Shown here: in pieces, positions 36,206-48,505 of the stretch | Layout of the letters: every line of letters starts with the position of its first letter | Numbering within the stretch: position 1 is the stretch's first letter | From: Chiloscyllium plagiosum | Taxonomy: Eukaryota | Length of the DNA: 56,895 nt | Direction: 5' to 3' | NCBI RefSeq assembly: GCF_004010195.1 | Contig: NC_057719.1 | Span: forward strand, 10,193,300 to 10,250,194 | Notes under the pieces: model-generated | Told to the model about the DNA's origin: nothing | Database searches by the model: none | What the model saw: only the letters and a program-made list of their open reading frames with translations | Translations under genes and position numbers: made by a program

Positions 36206-37828
36206 GTCAAGAGTGTGGTGCTGGAAAAGCACAGCCGGTCAGGCAGCATCTGAGGAGCAGGAGAATTGATGTTCCGGGCATAAACCCTTCACCGGGAACG
36301 ACGCTTGTGGGTCGGGGCTGAGAGATAGATGGGAGGGGGTGGGTTGGGGGAGGTAGCTGGGTAAGTGATAGGTAGATAAAGGTGAGGGAGAAGGTGATAG
36401 GTCAGAGGGGACAATGATGGACAGTGCTGAAGGGCAGTGCTGAATTGGACGTTTGGGACTGCGATACTGTGGGGGAAGGGAAATGAGGAAGCTGTGGAAA
36501 TCCATATTTATCCAGTGTGGTTGCAGAGTCCCAAGATGGAATATGAGGCATTCCTCCTCCAGGCGTCAGGTGGTAATGGTTTGGCGGTGAAGGAGGCCCA
36601 AGACCTGCATGTCCTTGACGAAGTGGGAGGGGGAGTTGAAGTGTTCAGCCACGGGGTAGTGGGGTTGGTCGGTACAGGTGTCCCAGAGATGTTCTCTGAA
36701 ATGATCCACAAGAAGGTGTCCTGTCTCCCTAATGTAGAGGAGACCATATTGGGTGCAACAGATGCAGTAGATGACATTGGGAGAGGTACAGGTGAATTTC
36801 TGACAGATGTGGAAGGATCCCTTGATGCCTTGGACAGGGATGAGGGGAGTGGTGTGGGCGCAGGTTTTACACTTCCTGCGGTAGAAGGGAAAGGTGCCAG
36901 GAGTGGCGTGTGGGCTGGTGGGGGGTGTGAACCTGACAAGGGAGTTGTGGAGGGAATGGTCTTTTTGAAATGCTGATGGGAGTGAGGAGAGAAATATATC
37001 TCTGATAATAGGGTCCATTTGGAGGTGGCGGAAATGGCAAAAGATGATGCGTTGTAAGCGGAAGTTAATGGGGTGGAAGGTGAGGACCGGGGGGTTCTGT
37101 CCTTGTTGCGTTGGAAGGGGTAGGGTTCAAGGGTGGTGGTGCGTGAAGTGGAGGAGATACGCTGGAGGGCATCGTCAACCACGTGGGAAGGGAAGTTGCG
37201 ATCGTGGAAGAAGGAGGCCATCTGGGACTTTCTGAGATGGAATGGTCATCCTGGGAACAGATGCGGCAGAGACGGAGCAATTGGCAATAAGGGATGACAT
37301 TTTTACAGGGGTTAGGATGGGTGTGGTGTAGTCTAGGTAGCTGTGGGAGTCAGTAGGTTTGTAGTATATGTCTGTGGTTAGTTGGTCTCCAGAGACGGTG
37401 ATAGAGAGGTCCAGGAAGGGGAGGGAGGTTGCCGAGATGGTGCAGGTGAATTTGAGGTCAGGGTGGACGGTGTTGGTAAAGTTGATGAACTGTTCAACCT
37501 CCTCATGGGAGCACAAGGCAGCGTCGATACAGTCACCGATGTAGTGGAGGAACAGGTGGGGAGTGGTGCCAGTGTAACTGTGGAAGATGGACAGTTCCAC
37601 ATATCCGACAAACAGGCAGGCATAGCTGGGTTCCATGCGGGACTCCAACCCCACCCCCTCCTCCCATTTATCTCTCAGCCCAGACCCACAAGCCTCATTC
37701 CTGATGAAGGGCTTATGCCCGAAACATCGATTCTCCTGCTCCTCGGGTGCTGCCTGACCTGCTGTGCTTTTCCAGCACCACACTCTCAATTCTGATCTCC
37801 AGCATCTGCAGTCCTCACTTTCTCCTCA
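36206..37828 (-). mobile_element. Neptune-like PLE (family A), 5'-truncated RT + GIY-YIG, with an inverted terminal copy (37640-37828)
   Basis: SRMEPSYACLFVG..HYIGDCI..LPFLDLSI..DIYYKPTDSHSYLDY and RRKCKTC..FTCTSPNVIYCICCTQYGLLYIRETG..FREH; 13-bp TSD at 36193-36205 and 37829-37841. Confidence 0.92.
37697..37732 (+). ncRNA. Hammerhead ribozyme (family A), stem III palindrome mutated
   Basis: attc CTGATGA a GGGC-ttat-GCCC GAAA CA TC gatt. Confidence 0.7.
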
Positions 37829-38044
37829 TCGTATGTCTGGACGCTGCATTTACTAATCATGTCACCTCTCGGTGGAAGAATGAGCAGAAATGCAGTGCAA
37901 TGTTGGCTGAACATTAATCCTATTCAGTCATATTTCAAATTAACAACCTCCCGCAGAGCAGGACGTATCAGCCCCAGGTCTAAATGCATTCAGTATGTGC
38001 AGGGACACAAGGTTGACTGCAGGAACAGAAGGACTGTCCAATCA

Positions 38045-40030
38045 GAGCCAGTTGAGAAGACAGGGCATGTACACACTGGAGTATAGAAGGACAAGAGGTG
38101 ACCTTATTGAAACATGGAAGATTCTTAGGTGGTTTGACAGGGTAAATGTGGAAAGTGTGTTTCCTCTTGTGGAAGAATCTAGGACCAGACAGTATGATTG
38201 CAGAATAAGGGGTCACACATTTAAGACTGAGATGAGGAGGATTTTGTTCTCTTGGAGGGTGGTGAATCTGCAGAATTCTTTCCCATTGAGGGCTGCAGAG
38301 GCTGGGTCATTCAGCATACTCAAGCCTGAGATAAACAGGTTAATATACAAAGTTTGTGAGAAGATTTGCAGCTCGGGTGCTCGTTGTTGTGGTTCTGTTC
38401 GCCGAGCTGGGAATTTGTGTTGCTGGTTTGAATCTACTGCTTCCGGTTGTCAGTTCCAGCTGTCCGCTGCAGTGGTCGGTATACTGGGTCCAGGTTGATA
38501 TGCTTATTGATTGAATCTGTCGATGAGTGCCATGCCTCTAGGAATTCCCTGGCTGTCCTCTGTTTGGCTTGTCCTATAATAGTAGTGTTGTCGAATTCAT
38601 GTTACTTGTCATCTGCGTGTGTGGCTACTAAGGATAGCTGGTCGTGTCGTTTCGTGGCTAGTTGGTGTTCATGGACACGGATCGTTAGCTGTCTTCCTGT
38701 TTGTCCTATGCAGTGTTTTGTGCAGTCCTTGCATGGGATTTTGTACACTACATTGGTTTTGCTCATGCTGGGTATCGGGTCCTTCGTTCTGGTGAGTTGT
38801 TGTCTGAGAGTGGCTGTTGGTTTGTGTGCTGTTATGAGTCCTAGTGGTCACAGTAGTCTGGCTGTCAGTTCAGAAATGTTTTTGATGTATGGTAGTGTGG
38901 CNNNNNNNNNNNNNNNNNNNNNNNNNNNNNNNNNNNNNNNNNNNNNNNNNNNNNNNNNNNNNNNNNNNNNNNNNNNNNNNNNNNNNNNNNNNNNNNNNNN
39001 NNNNNNNNNNNNNNNNNNNNNNNNNNNNNNNNNNNNNNNNNNNNNNNNNNNNNNNNNNNNNNNNNNNNNNNNNNNNNNNNNNNNNNNNNNNNNNNNNNNN
39101 NNNNNNNNNNNNNNNNNNNNNNNNNNNNNNNNNNNNNNNNNNNNNNNNNNNNNNNNNNNNNNNNNNNNNNNNNNNNNNNNNNNNNNNNNNNNNNNNNNNN
39201 NNNNNNNNNNNNNNNNNNNNNNNNNNNNNNNNNNNNNNNNNNNNNNNNNNNNNNNNNNNNNNNNNNNNNNNNNNNNNNNNNNNNNNNNNNNNNNNNNNNN
39301 NNNNNNNNNNNNNNNNNNNNNNNNNNNNNNNNNNNNNNNNNNNNNNNNNNNNNNNNNNNNNNNNNNNNNNNNNNNNNNNNNNNNNNNNNNNNNNNNNNNN
39401 NNNNNNNNNNNNNNNNNNNNNNNNNNNNNNNNNNNNNNNNNNNNNNNNNNNNNNNNNNNNNNNNNNNNNNNNNNNNNNNNNNNNNNNNNNNNNNNNNNNN
39501 NNNNNNNNNNNNNNNNNNNNNNNNNNNNNNNNNNNNNNNNNNNNNNACAAAACGCTACATAGGACAAACAGGAAGACAGCTAACGATCCGCATACATGAA
39601 CACCAACTAGCCACAAAATGATATGACCAGCTATCCTTAGTAGCCACACACGCAGATGACAAGTAACATGAATTCGACTGGAACAACACTACTATTATAG
39701 GACAAGCCAAACAGAGAACAGCCAGGGAATTCCTAGAGGCATGGCACTCATCCACAGATTCAATCAATAAGCACATCGACCTGGACTCAATATACCGACC
39801 ATTGCAACGGACAGCTGGAACTGACAACCGGAAGCGGCAGAGACAAACCACGATAAAATCACAGAAGCGCTTCACAGGAGGCTCCCAAGCACTGAGGATG
39901 TCACCTAGACAGGGGACAAAACGTCTGCAACACAAATTCCCAGCTCGGCAAACAGAGCCACAACAGGTTTTTATACAGTAGGGGAATCAAGAGTTATGGG
40001 GGAAAGGCAGCAAACTGGAGTTGAGGATTG
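38045..40030 (+). mobile_element. CR1 3' fragment interrupted by an inverted PLE pair
   Basis: LRRQGMYTLEYRRTRGDLIETWKILR..TRQY..RIRG; resumes after 39977. Confidence 0.8.
38350..39962. mobile_element. Inverted pair of PLE family B 3' ends (minus 38350-38901, gap, plus 39547-39965)
   Basis: GIY-YIG region on both arms; 16-bp TSD AACAGGTT(AA/TT)TATACA at 38334-38349 and 39962-39977; the plus-arm HHR has GAAA mutated to AAAA. Confidence 0.88.
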
Positions 40031-40039
40031 TGTAAAGTA

Positions 40040-40280
40040 TCACAATGGTTAGCACTGTTGCCTCGGGTGACAATTTGAGTTGGGTTTCCACTGGGTGCTC
40101 TGGATTCCTCCCACAGTCCAAAAGCATGCAGGACAGGTAGATTGGCCACACTGCGATGACCAGGTTAGATGGATTAAGCCCTAGTAAACGTGGGATTATG
40201 GGGATTGGGCAGGGGCCTGGGTGTTCAGAGGTCAATGCAGACTGCCTGGGCATTGTATGGATTGTGGGGATTCTATGAAT
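40040..40280 (+). mobile_element. Degenerate HE1-type SINE
   Basis: GGTTAGCACTG..TTCCTCCCACAGTCCAAA..GGGATTCTATG. Confidence 0.75.
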
Positions 40281-40933
40281 CTGTTCTCTATGATGAGCAG
40301 ATCAGCTTTGATCTCATCCTGAAGAAGGGATACACCTGAACCAACAATGTCTCCCCCTCCTGATGCTGCCTGGTTTGCTGTGTCCTTCCAGCCTCCTGCT
40401 TGCCTACCTTGAACTCCTTGAATGGCAGTGCAGAATCAATGGGCTAGATAGTCTGCTGCTATGCCTCCTGAGAAGGATATCACAAGACTGGCTACCCCAA
40501 GTCTATTCACATTCCTGGGTCTTGAAGATCAGAAAAGTTCCTACAGAGTGAAATTTCTCTTCATTCCAGATCCTTGTCCTCTGACGTAATTAATAAAAAG
40601 TATTCAGGATGTCACAAAACATCAGAAATTTTTCTCATCTTGACAGCAGCTTTGGCTGATGTTAAGAGTGAAGTAAGCAACAGGTTCTAACCAAGAGGAA
40701 TTGTGTGACTGAGTTGCGCAGATGCATCACGGCCACCATTTTAAATGACGTTGCTGTATTAGAGCCAGAATAAAATATTTAAAGTGAACAAAAAGCAGCA
40801 ATCACTCACTCTGGATGTTATGAGCAGGTGAGAATGGATGCATCTGCACCCCTCTGTTCAACCTCATTAGTTAGTCACAACAAAGGTTTAAGTTATTTCT
40901 GCTCAAGGCTAGACCCACGTCCAATTCAAAATA

Positions 40934-41465
40934 TTGCTGCATTTTAGGAAAGCAAATCTTAACAGGACTTATACACTTAATGGTAAGGTCCTAGGGAGTG
41001 TTGCTGAACAAAGAGACCTTGGAGTGCAGGTTCATAGCTCCTTGAAAGTGGAGTCGCAGTTAGATAGGATAGTGAAGAAGGCGTTTGGTATGCTTTCATT
41101 TATTGGTCAGAGTATTGAGTACAGGACTTGGGAGGTCATGTTGCGGCTGTACAGGACAGTCCAGAACTAGAGGGCATAGGTTTAGGATGAGGGGGAAAAG
41201 ATATAAGAGAGACCTAAGGGGCAATTTTTTCATACAGAGGGTGGTAAGGGTATAGAATGAGCTGCCAGAGGAAGTGGTAGAGGCTGGTACAATTGCAATA
41301 TTTAAGAGGCATTTGGATGGGAATATGAATAGGAAGGGTTTGGAGGAATAAGGTCCGGGTGCTGGCAGGTGGGACTAGATTGGGTTGGGATATCTGGTTG
41401 GCATGGACGAGTTGGACTGAAGGGTCTGTTTCCATGCTGTACATCTCTATGACTGTGACTCTATG
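40934..41465 (+). mobile_element. CR1/HER1 fragment with an internal deletion at about 41158
   Basis: LHFRKAN..EQRDLGVQVHSSLKV..LYRT jumps directly to SRTRGHRF and the tail. Confidence 0.92.
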
Positions 41466-41487
41466 TTAACTGTGTTTTGCTGGGAGC

Positions 41488-41905
41488 AATAACAACACTC
41501 AAGAACTTTAACACCATCCAGGACAAAGTAGCCCACTGGATTGGCACTGCATCCACTCCCTCCACCACTGACACTCAGTAGCAGCAGTGTGTACTACCTG
41601 CAAGATGCACTGCAGAAGTTCACCAAAGATCCTCAGACAGCACCTTCCAAACCAACAACCACTTTCATATTGAAGGATAAGTGCAGCAGATACATAGTAA
41701 CCCCGCCACCTGCAAGATCCCCTCCAAACCACTCACCATCTTGACTTGGAAATATTTCGCCGTTCCTTCACAATCATTGGGTCAAAATCCTGGAATCCCC
41801 TCACATTGTGGGTCTACTACAGCACATGGACTGCAATGTTTCAATGTGGCACACCACTCTCTTTTCAAGGGACAGCAATGCCCATGTCCCAGCAATGAAT
41901 AAAAA
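41488..41905 (+). mobile_element. Second CR1-group LINE 3' end
   Basis: TTLKN..TIQDK.A..I..IHSLHH.H.VAAVCT remnant; tail ending AATGAATAAAAA. Confidence 0.75.
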
Positions 41906-42464
41906 TGTATAGAGAGCCAATCAATAAGGTTTTCTGAAGTAAAGAGGCAGGTAAATTTATGAACTGGTACTATGGAAAGCATTAAGGATGTGTGCTCTTA
42001 CTTTCCTACATGCAAAACGAGTTTCAGCTTATTCTAGCACTATGAAAATTTGAGAAGTCTCACTCCCCATGTACAGACATTTGATGGTCTCATTGTGAGT
42101 CATACATTCCAGTTGATGAATTTCAACATCCAAATTGTGATCTCCTAAGGGTGTGATCTACCCATGCTGTTTTGAAATTGTTTCGTAGATTCCTGGGAGC
42201 TTGTCTATTTTCAGGTCAGGTGACTTTGGAAGCCATTTTAACGCATTCCAGCCCATTTTAAATTATGCCTTTCTCAACCTAAAGTCAAATGCTTTCAAGA
42301 TCATTGATGACGTTTTAAAGATTAATAATCTGTATTTTGTATTATCATGTCAATGTAAGATGATTATTTCAATCGGGGAAGCATTAAGTTAATGGGATGA
42401 AAGCCTGATGGATTTTCAATTACGAACACATTAAACATGCACAAAACTTTAGGCGAACACATCA

Positions 42465-42600
42465 GAATGGTGTTGAGGGATTGCTGCAATATTGGAGGTG
42501 CCGCTTTTCAAAAAAGACTAAACCCGAGTTCTTGCCTGCCCTCGAACCACAACATGAGGAAATCTTCCTGGAATTCAGGCCAATTTTTATCCATCAATAT
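42465..42600 (+). mobile_element. Deu-domain SINE remnant
   Basis: TGAGGGA.TGCTGCA.T.TTGGAGGTGCCG.TTTTC..TAAACC.GAG..TGCCCTC..GGCCAAT.TTTATCC.TCAA. Confidence 0.6.
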
Positions 42601-42617
42601 CTAATTAAAATACAAAA

Positions 42618-43160
42618 TGAAAACCGAAAGAACTGCTGATGCTGGAAATCAGAAACCATAACAGAAATTGTTGGAAAAGCTCGGTAAGTCTGGCAGCATC
42701 GGTGGACAGAAATCAGAGTTAACATTTCGGGTCCAGTGACCCCCTCCTCAGAACCTCAGTGGAGCAGCACAGTGGCTCAGCGGTTAGAACTGCTGCCTCA
42801 CAGCATCAGGGACCCGGGTTTGATTCCAGCCTTGGGTGACTGTGTGCAGTTTGCAGTTCTCCCCATGTCTGCATAGGTTTTCCCCCCCCGGATGCTCTGG
42901 TTTCCTCCCACAATCCAAAGGTGTACAGGTTAGGGTGGATTGGCTATGCTAGATTGCCCCTAGTGTCCAGGGATGTGCAGGCTAATTGGATTAGCCATGG
43001 GGAAAGCAAGTTTACAAAGATAGGATATCTGGGTGGACTGGTCTTCAGAGGGTCAGTGTGGACTTGATGGACCAAATGGCCTGCTTCCACACTGTAGGGA
43101 TTCTATGATTAGATGCTGCCAGACCTGCTGAGCTTTTCCAGCAATTTCTGTTTTTGTTTC
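42618..43160. mobile_element. Palindromic PLE (family D) split by an HE1 SINE (42760-43110, plus strand)
   Basis: Left arm ends at a minus-strand HHR GTT CTGAGGA g GGGTC-actg-GACCC GAAA TG TT AAC (42716-42756); right arm AGATGCTGCCAGACCTGCTGAG. Confidence 0.8.
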
Positions 43161-44800
43161 TAAGCGAGAGCACTGTGCACAAATTCATACCTTACATGGT
43201 GCCTACATTTTACAAGGAGCTCAGCGAGCTGTGAGGTACTCTTGGGTGTGCAAAGATAATGAAAAGCGCTACGTAAATGCAAGCTGTTACTTTTCTCTCT
43301 TCTACCCAAACAGTGATGGTATTCACTCATACTAACGCAAAATACTATGGATTCGGGAAAACTGGAAGAGAAAACAAGATTGCTGCAAATGCTCAGCAGG
43401 TCAGGCAGCTTCTGTGGAGAGAATCAGAACTGGAACTGATGTCCATTGGCCTGATACATTGTTCTCTCCACAGATATCACCAAAGCAGTGAAGAATTTTC
43501 AGCATGTCTTGTTTTTATTCAATTAGATGATTTTATTAAATAAAATGTACATTTTTTACAAGGTTCAAATATGCAGATAATAATCTTGCAAGATGAAAAG
43601 ATGTTGCTGTCAATCCACTGTCCTGTCTCTGTTCTTTGTGATGTGGCAGCTATGTTAACTGTTGCTGTAATCCAAGAATCTATACAAAATAAGGCTGCAA
43701 TAAATAAATGACCAGGCAAGCCTTTGTGACAAAGATCAAATCTGATCTCTATGATATTTGGTGCATGCCTCAACAAACATGACTGTTATTCCATTATCAA
43801 ATATTTAGACAAAGTATCACAGATGTCAATGGACTGTGTGTTGAATGTTTATCAAAAATACTGTCTGCAAGAATGGGTTTATCTCTTCATGCTGAGAATC
43901 AGGAGTTCTGGGAAAATAACACAGATGTGGAGATAGACCAATCATTTCCTTGAATTACATGAAGTAATCCTTTAATCTTGAACTTTTTGTTTTAGACCTG
44001 ATAAGGAGCACTGATTTACTGCAGTAAAGTCAAACAATACACACAGGTCTGATTACACAGGAATATTGCGCTCAGCAGTGGAATGTGGCTGGAAGTATTG
44101 CAAAATGCCGTTATTAACAAATGCTTCAGACATCATTTCAACTGCATATTAATCCCTATTCCCCCATACTACCAAGTTAAATAATGGAGAAATGGCTAGA
44201 ATAAGAAAAGTGCTTTCAATTCACCAGCAACTATGTGCAATCGACCATGACTTTGACTCAATCTAATCAATCTCCCAAGGAAGTCTAAAAATGCCTTCAT
44301 ATCTTCCACATGTCTTAGATCAAGGAAAATTAAGAAAACATTGTTATCCATCTTGAGTCATTTTCCACACAATTCATTTTGTTACTGGAATGGCTTCCTT
44401 ACTGACATCACTGTGGTCCCCAAAACACGTGTCAAGGACATCCCATATATCGTAGGAATATCTCAGTTCTCAATAGACTGACAACACTCAATGCTGAACC
44501 AACCAGAACATATTGTATCTTATCTTTACCCAAATGATTTCAAGTCCCTTTCATAAAATTGATTGATAAGTCAAACGTATAAATAAGTTATCTGACCGTA
44601 GGAAATAGGACATAGGCCTTTTAGCTACTCTGCCATTCAACATGATCCTGGCTGATCTTCTACCTCTACAGCACTGTACCACATGGTACACATATCTCGT
44701 GACATCTTTAACATCAATGGCAGGGACTAGGTTGGCTCAGTTGGTACAACCTCTCCCTCATAAGTCAGTGTACTGTGGCTTCAAGGTCTTCTCCACATCA

Positions 44801-45003
44801 TGTAGAGGTGGTAGTGTTGGACTGGGGTGGACAAAGTTAAAAAATCACACAACACCACTTTATAATCCAACAGGTTTATTTGGGTGCACTAGCTTTCGGA
44901 GTGCTGCTCCTTTAGTTACCTGATGAAGGTGCAGCTCTCCAAAAGCTAGTACTTCCAAATAAACCTGTTGGACTATAACTTGGTGTTGTGTGATTTTTTA
45001 ACT
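44801..45003. mobile_element. Palindromic mini-PLE (family C) centred on the HHR
   Basis: Arms of about 85 bp; the two arms together give CTGATGA a GGAGC-agc-(G)CTCC GAAA GC TA GTG (AGCT palindrome); exact 12-bp TSD TTCTCCACATCA at 44789-44800 and 45004-45015. Confidence 0.88.
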
Positions 45004-45219
45004 TTCTCCACATCAGTTAACTTGAAAATACAGAACAGCAATAAAGGATTGCAGTCGCCTCTGAACCAAGAGCTCTTCTGTTCCATGGGTCTAGTCAGCA
45101 TTGAAGATAGCAAAGGAACACAGAGTTTGGTGCCCTGACCACAGCTTAACTCTATTGATCTGGTTGTCACTTGCGGGATCTTGTGTTGGCCTCCATTGCA
45201 AGTTGCACACGGCCATGTT

Positions 45220-45600
45220 ACATAGAACACAGATCAATACAGCGCAGAACAGGCCCTTCGGCCCTCGATGTTGCGCCGACCAGTGGACTTTTCTCAGCTT
45301 GTCCCCCTACACTAGCTCAAACTCATCCATGAGCTTATCTAAGGATTGTTTAAATCTCCCTAATGTGGCTGAGTTGACTATCTTAGCAGGTAGGGCATTC
45401 CACGCCCTTACCACTCTCTATGTAAAGATCCTGCCTCTGACATCAGCCTTAAATCTATCACCCCTCAATTTGTAGTTATGCCCTCTCGTACAAGCTGACG
45501 TGATCATCCTCGGAAAAAGTCTTTCTCTGTCTACCCTATCTAATCCTCTGATCATCTTCTATGTCTCTATCAAATCCCCCCTTAGCCTTCTTCTTTCCAA
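45220..45600 (-). mobile_element. CR1 3' fragment ((TTCTATG) tail family)
   Basis: ACATAGAACA tail; LRGDLIE..DRVD..LF remnants; related to 56562-56895. Confidence 0.88.
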
Positions 45601-45824
45601 TTATTGTATTGAGATGTTTAAAAGTTATATAAATGCATATTGTACGTAACTGTAATTATGTTCACTGGAACATAAAGGAATAAGTGGCCGAGGGTTCATC
45701 AATAAGCAACAAGGAAACAATTACTCAAATAATTTTACTTCAGTGAGCAATGCCTGGCTTGCCTGTATGGTTCAAAAATTCCAGATGACTGCAGAAGGCT
45801 GTAAAAATAACAAGTGGATTAATT

Positions 45825-46200
45825 TCCACTTGAGAAAGTTGGGACTGTTCTCCCTGTACAGAAAGCAGCTGAGAGGCGATTTGATTGGCGATTTCAAAAT
45901 AATGAGCAGGGTGGACAGAATAGATAGAGAGCTGTTCCCACTCCTAAAAGAAATTAGAACAAGAGGGTGCAGATTTAAACTAGCAAGGATGACGTGAACC
46001 AAACCTTTTCCACTCAGTGAGTACTTAAGAGTATTGAATGCACTGTTGGAAATGCGGTCGAGGCAGGTTCCATTGAGGCCATCAAGCTGCTTTTTTGGAT
46101 CATAATGATATCCTGGGATATGTGGAAAAGACATTGGTCCTGGATAATAGAGCTGGACTAGATCACAGAGCTGGTGCAGTCACAATGGGCTGAATATTCC
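45825..46200 (+). mobile_element. Old CR1 3' fragment
   Basis: LRKLGLFSL.RKQLRGDLI..FKIMSRVDRID..RTRG.RFK. Confidence 0.8.
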
Positions 46201-46639
46201 AGAAAGTTTGCTGAAGGGCTTAATAATAGTGGGCTCTGCTCTCTTTATGTCAACCACTGTTGTCTCTGGTTCCAGAAAGGCTGTGAAGATGCAAGTTCTG
46301 GTCTTAAGTAAAGCTTGACAACAGCCCTACAAAGCCCAACCAGCCCACCCAATGGTTCCTGATCCCTCCCAGCTGAAAATACCCCTATTACCATAGACCA
46401 GCATCTATCACTGATGTTCCCAGGGACTACCTTATAGTCTCAGCAGCGCCTACTAGTTGCTTCTGACATTGAGGTGTCCCTCCAAATTTTCTCACTGCTG
46501 GGCAGCCTTATTGTGAAGTTGGTGGACCAGGCAGGGAGGTGAGAAATGCACAAATCTCAATCCTTCCCCATACCCCATAAAACAAAGCACTAGGTGCTCC
46601 AGCTGAGAGAATAGTCTGCTAAAGTGGCAGAGGATATAC

Positions 46640-47165
46640 AAACATAAAAACCAGGAATAAACCATTTCAGTCTGCTCCACCATTCAGTAAGACCATGGCT
46701 GATCTGATTTTAACCCCAACTCTACATTCCTGAACACCTCCAACAACCTTTCATCCCCTTGATCATCAATAATCTATTTATGTTTGCCTTAAAAATATTC
46801 AAAGATTCTGCATCCATTGCCTTTTGAGGAAGGGAATTCCAAAGACTCACAACCCTCTCAGAGAAAAAAGATGTTTCCTCATTTCCGTTTTTAAATGGGC
46901 ACCCCCTTATGTTTAAACTATGATCACTAGTTCCACAAGAGGAAACATCCTTTCGACATCCACCTGGTCAAGTCCTCTCGAGATCTTGTTTCAATCAAGT
47001 CACCTCAGACTCTTCTAAGCTCCAGAGGATACAGGTCCAGCCTTTCCCCATAAGACAATTTGCTCATTCCATGTATAGGTCCAATAAACTTTCTCTGAAC
47101 TGCTTTCGATGCACTAACATCCTTCCTAAAGTACACCGACCAGAACTGCACACACTACTTCAGAT
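46640..47165 (-). mobile_element. CR1 3' fragment
   Basis: HLK*CVQFWS.YFRKDVSA..AVQRKF remnant on the minus strand, plus tail. Confidence 0.8.
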
Positions 47166-47871
47166 GTAATAATTTAAAAATAGTTTCGAGGCACATCCAT
47201 TTCAAGGTCTTGTACTGTGTAGGTATTATATTTATGTGTTTGAATATAAGTTTTCAGCCGAGATACATGGTTATAAATTTGCTTTTTGCACAATGCTGCT
47301 TTTGAATCATACCGAGCATTTTTGAAGATAAAATGACAATGTTACCTTGACTTTTGGGGCAGTGTCATTTCACAATCCTCAACATCAACAAGGACGTAAA
47401 TGGTTAAATTACTGTTAGCTACTGAGCCATATGAGTTCCATTTTCTTGGGTTTTTTCTCCTGTGCACTCATTGGACAAGGGTGTCACTGGCTGGGTGAGC
47501 ATTTAGTGCTTGTCCCTAGCTGCCCCTGAGAAGGTGATGGTGAGCTACCTTCCTGTACTGCTGTAGTCCATGTGCTGTAATTTGACCTATGACACCCTTA
47601 GGGAGTGAATTCCGGTGATGTTGTATCCCTTTGATCTGTGCAGTAACCACCACTCAAAATGAGTTGTAATATTCAGGGAACAGTTTCAAAGGGTTGCTAC
47701 ACTCAATTGCTGGGTTGCTAGATTCAATCTTATCTCACAATCGAGGCAGGGCTTGTCATAAGCTTTTCAATACATCACTCAGAACAGTTCAAGAATTTTC
47801 GGCAGAGGTATTCAGAGGAGAAGACTTTTAGCTTGCTAATCAGTCAGGTAACTAGCAGCAGGGAGAGAAAG

Positions 47872-48505
47872 GAGTTGAGATCAGAGTGGTGCTGGAAAAG
47901 CACAGCAGGTCAGGCAGCATCCAAGGAGCAGGAAAATCAACATTTCGGGCAAAAGCTCTTCATCAGGAATAGAGGCAGGGAGCCTCCAGGGTGGAGAGAT
48001 AAATGGGAGGAGGGTGGGGCTGAGGAGAAGGTAGCAAAGAGTACAATAGGTGAATGGGAGTGGGGATGGAGGTGATAGGTCAGGGAGGATTAGATTAGAT
48101 TAGATTAGATTACGGGAATTGAACCCGGGTCTCAGGCGCTGTGAGGCAGCAGTGCTAACCACTGTGCCACCGTGCCGCCCCTTAAGGGTGGGGGAAAGTA
48201 GCAAAGAGTACAATAGGTGACTGGGAGGTGAGGATAGAGGTGATAGGTCAGAGAGGAGGGTGGAGTGGATAGGTGGGAAGGGAGATAGGCAGGTAGGACA
48301 GGTCATGAGGACAGTGCTGAGCTGGAAGGTTGGAACAAGGTGGGGGGAGGGGAAATGAGGAAACTAGTGAAGTCCACATTGATGCCCTGGTGTTGAAGTG
48401 TTCCGAGGCGGAAAATGAGGCGTTCTTCCTCCAGGCGTCGGGTGGTGAGGGAGCAGCGGTAGAGGAGGCCCAGGACCTGTATGTCCTCGGCAGAGTGGGA
48501 GGAAG
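47872..48505 (-). mobile_element. PLE family A 3' end with a nested mini-SINE
   Basis: HSAEDIQVLGLL..RRLEEERLIFRLGTLQHQGINVDF (GIY-YIG C-terminus); CpG-decayed HHR at 47935-47970. Confidence 0.9.
48089..48180 (-). mobile_element. HE1 tRNA-like head fused directly to a (TAATC)n tail
   Basis: Minus strand GGGCGGCACGGTGGCACAGTGGTTAGCACTGCTGCCTCACAGCGCCTGAGACCCGGGTTCAATTCCCG(TAATC)5. Confidence 0.85.

Noticed and set aside
37790..37828. Family A tail as a 3' splice site (CTCAC + pyrimidines)
   Set aside because: The terminal AG and a downstream exon are absent in these copies; it cannot be tested without a full-length element.
38447..39649. Long ORFs spanning N runs (also 1638-2416 and 52812-53662)
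   Set aside because: Their length is an artefact of assembly gaps; only the flanking TE residues are real.
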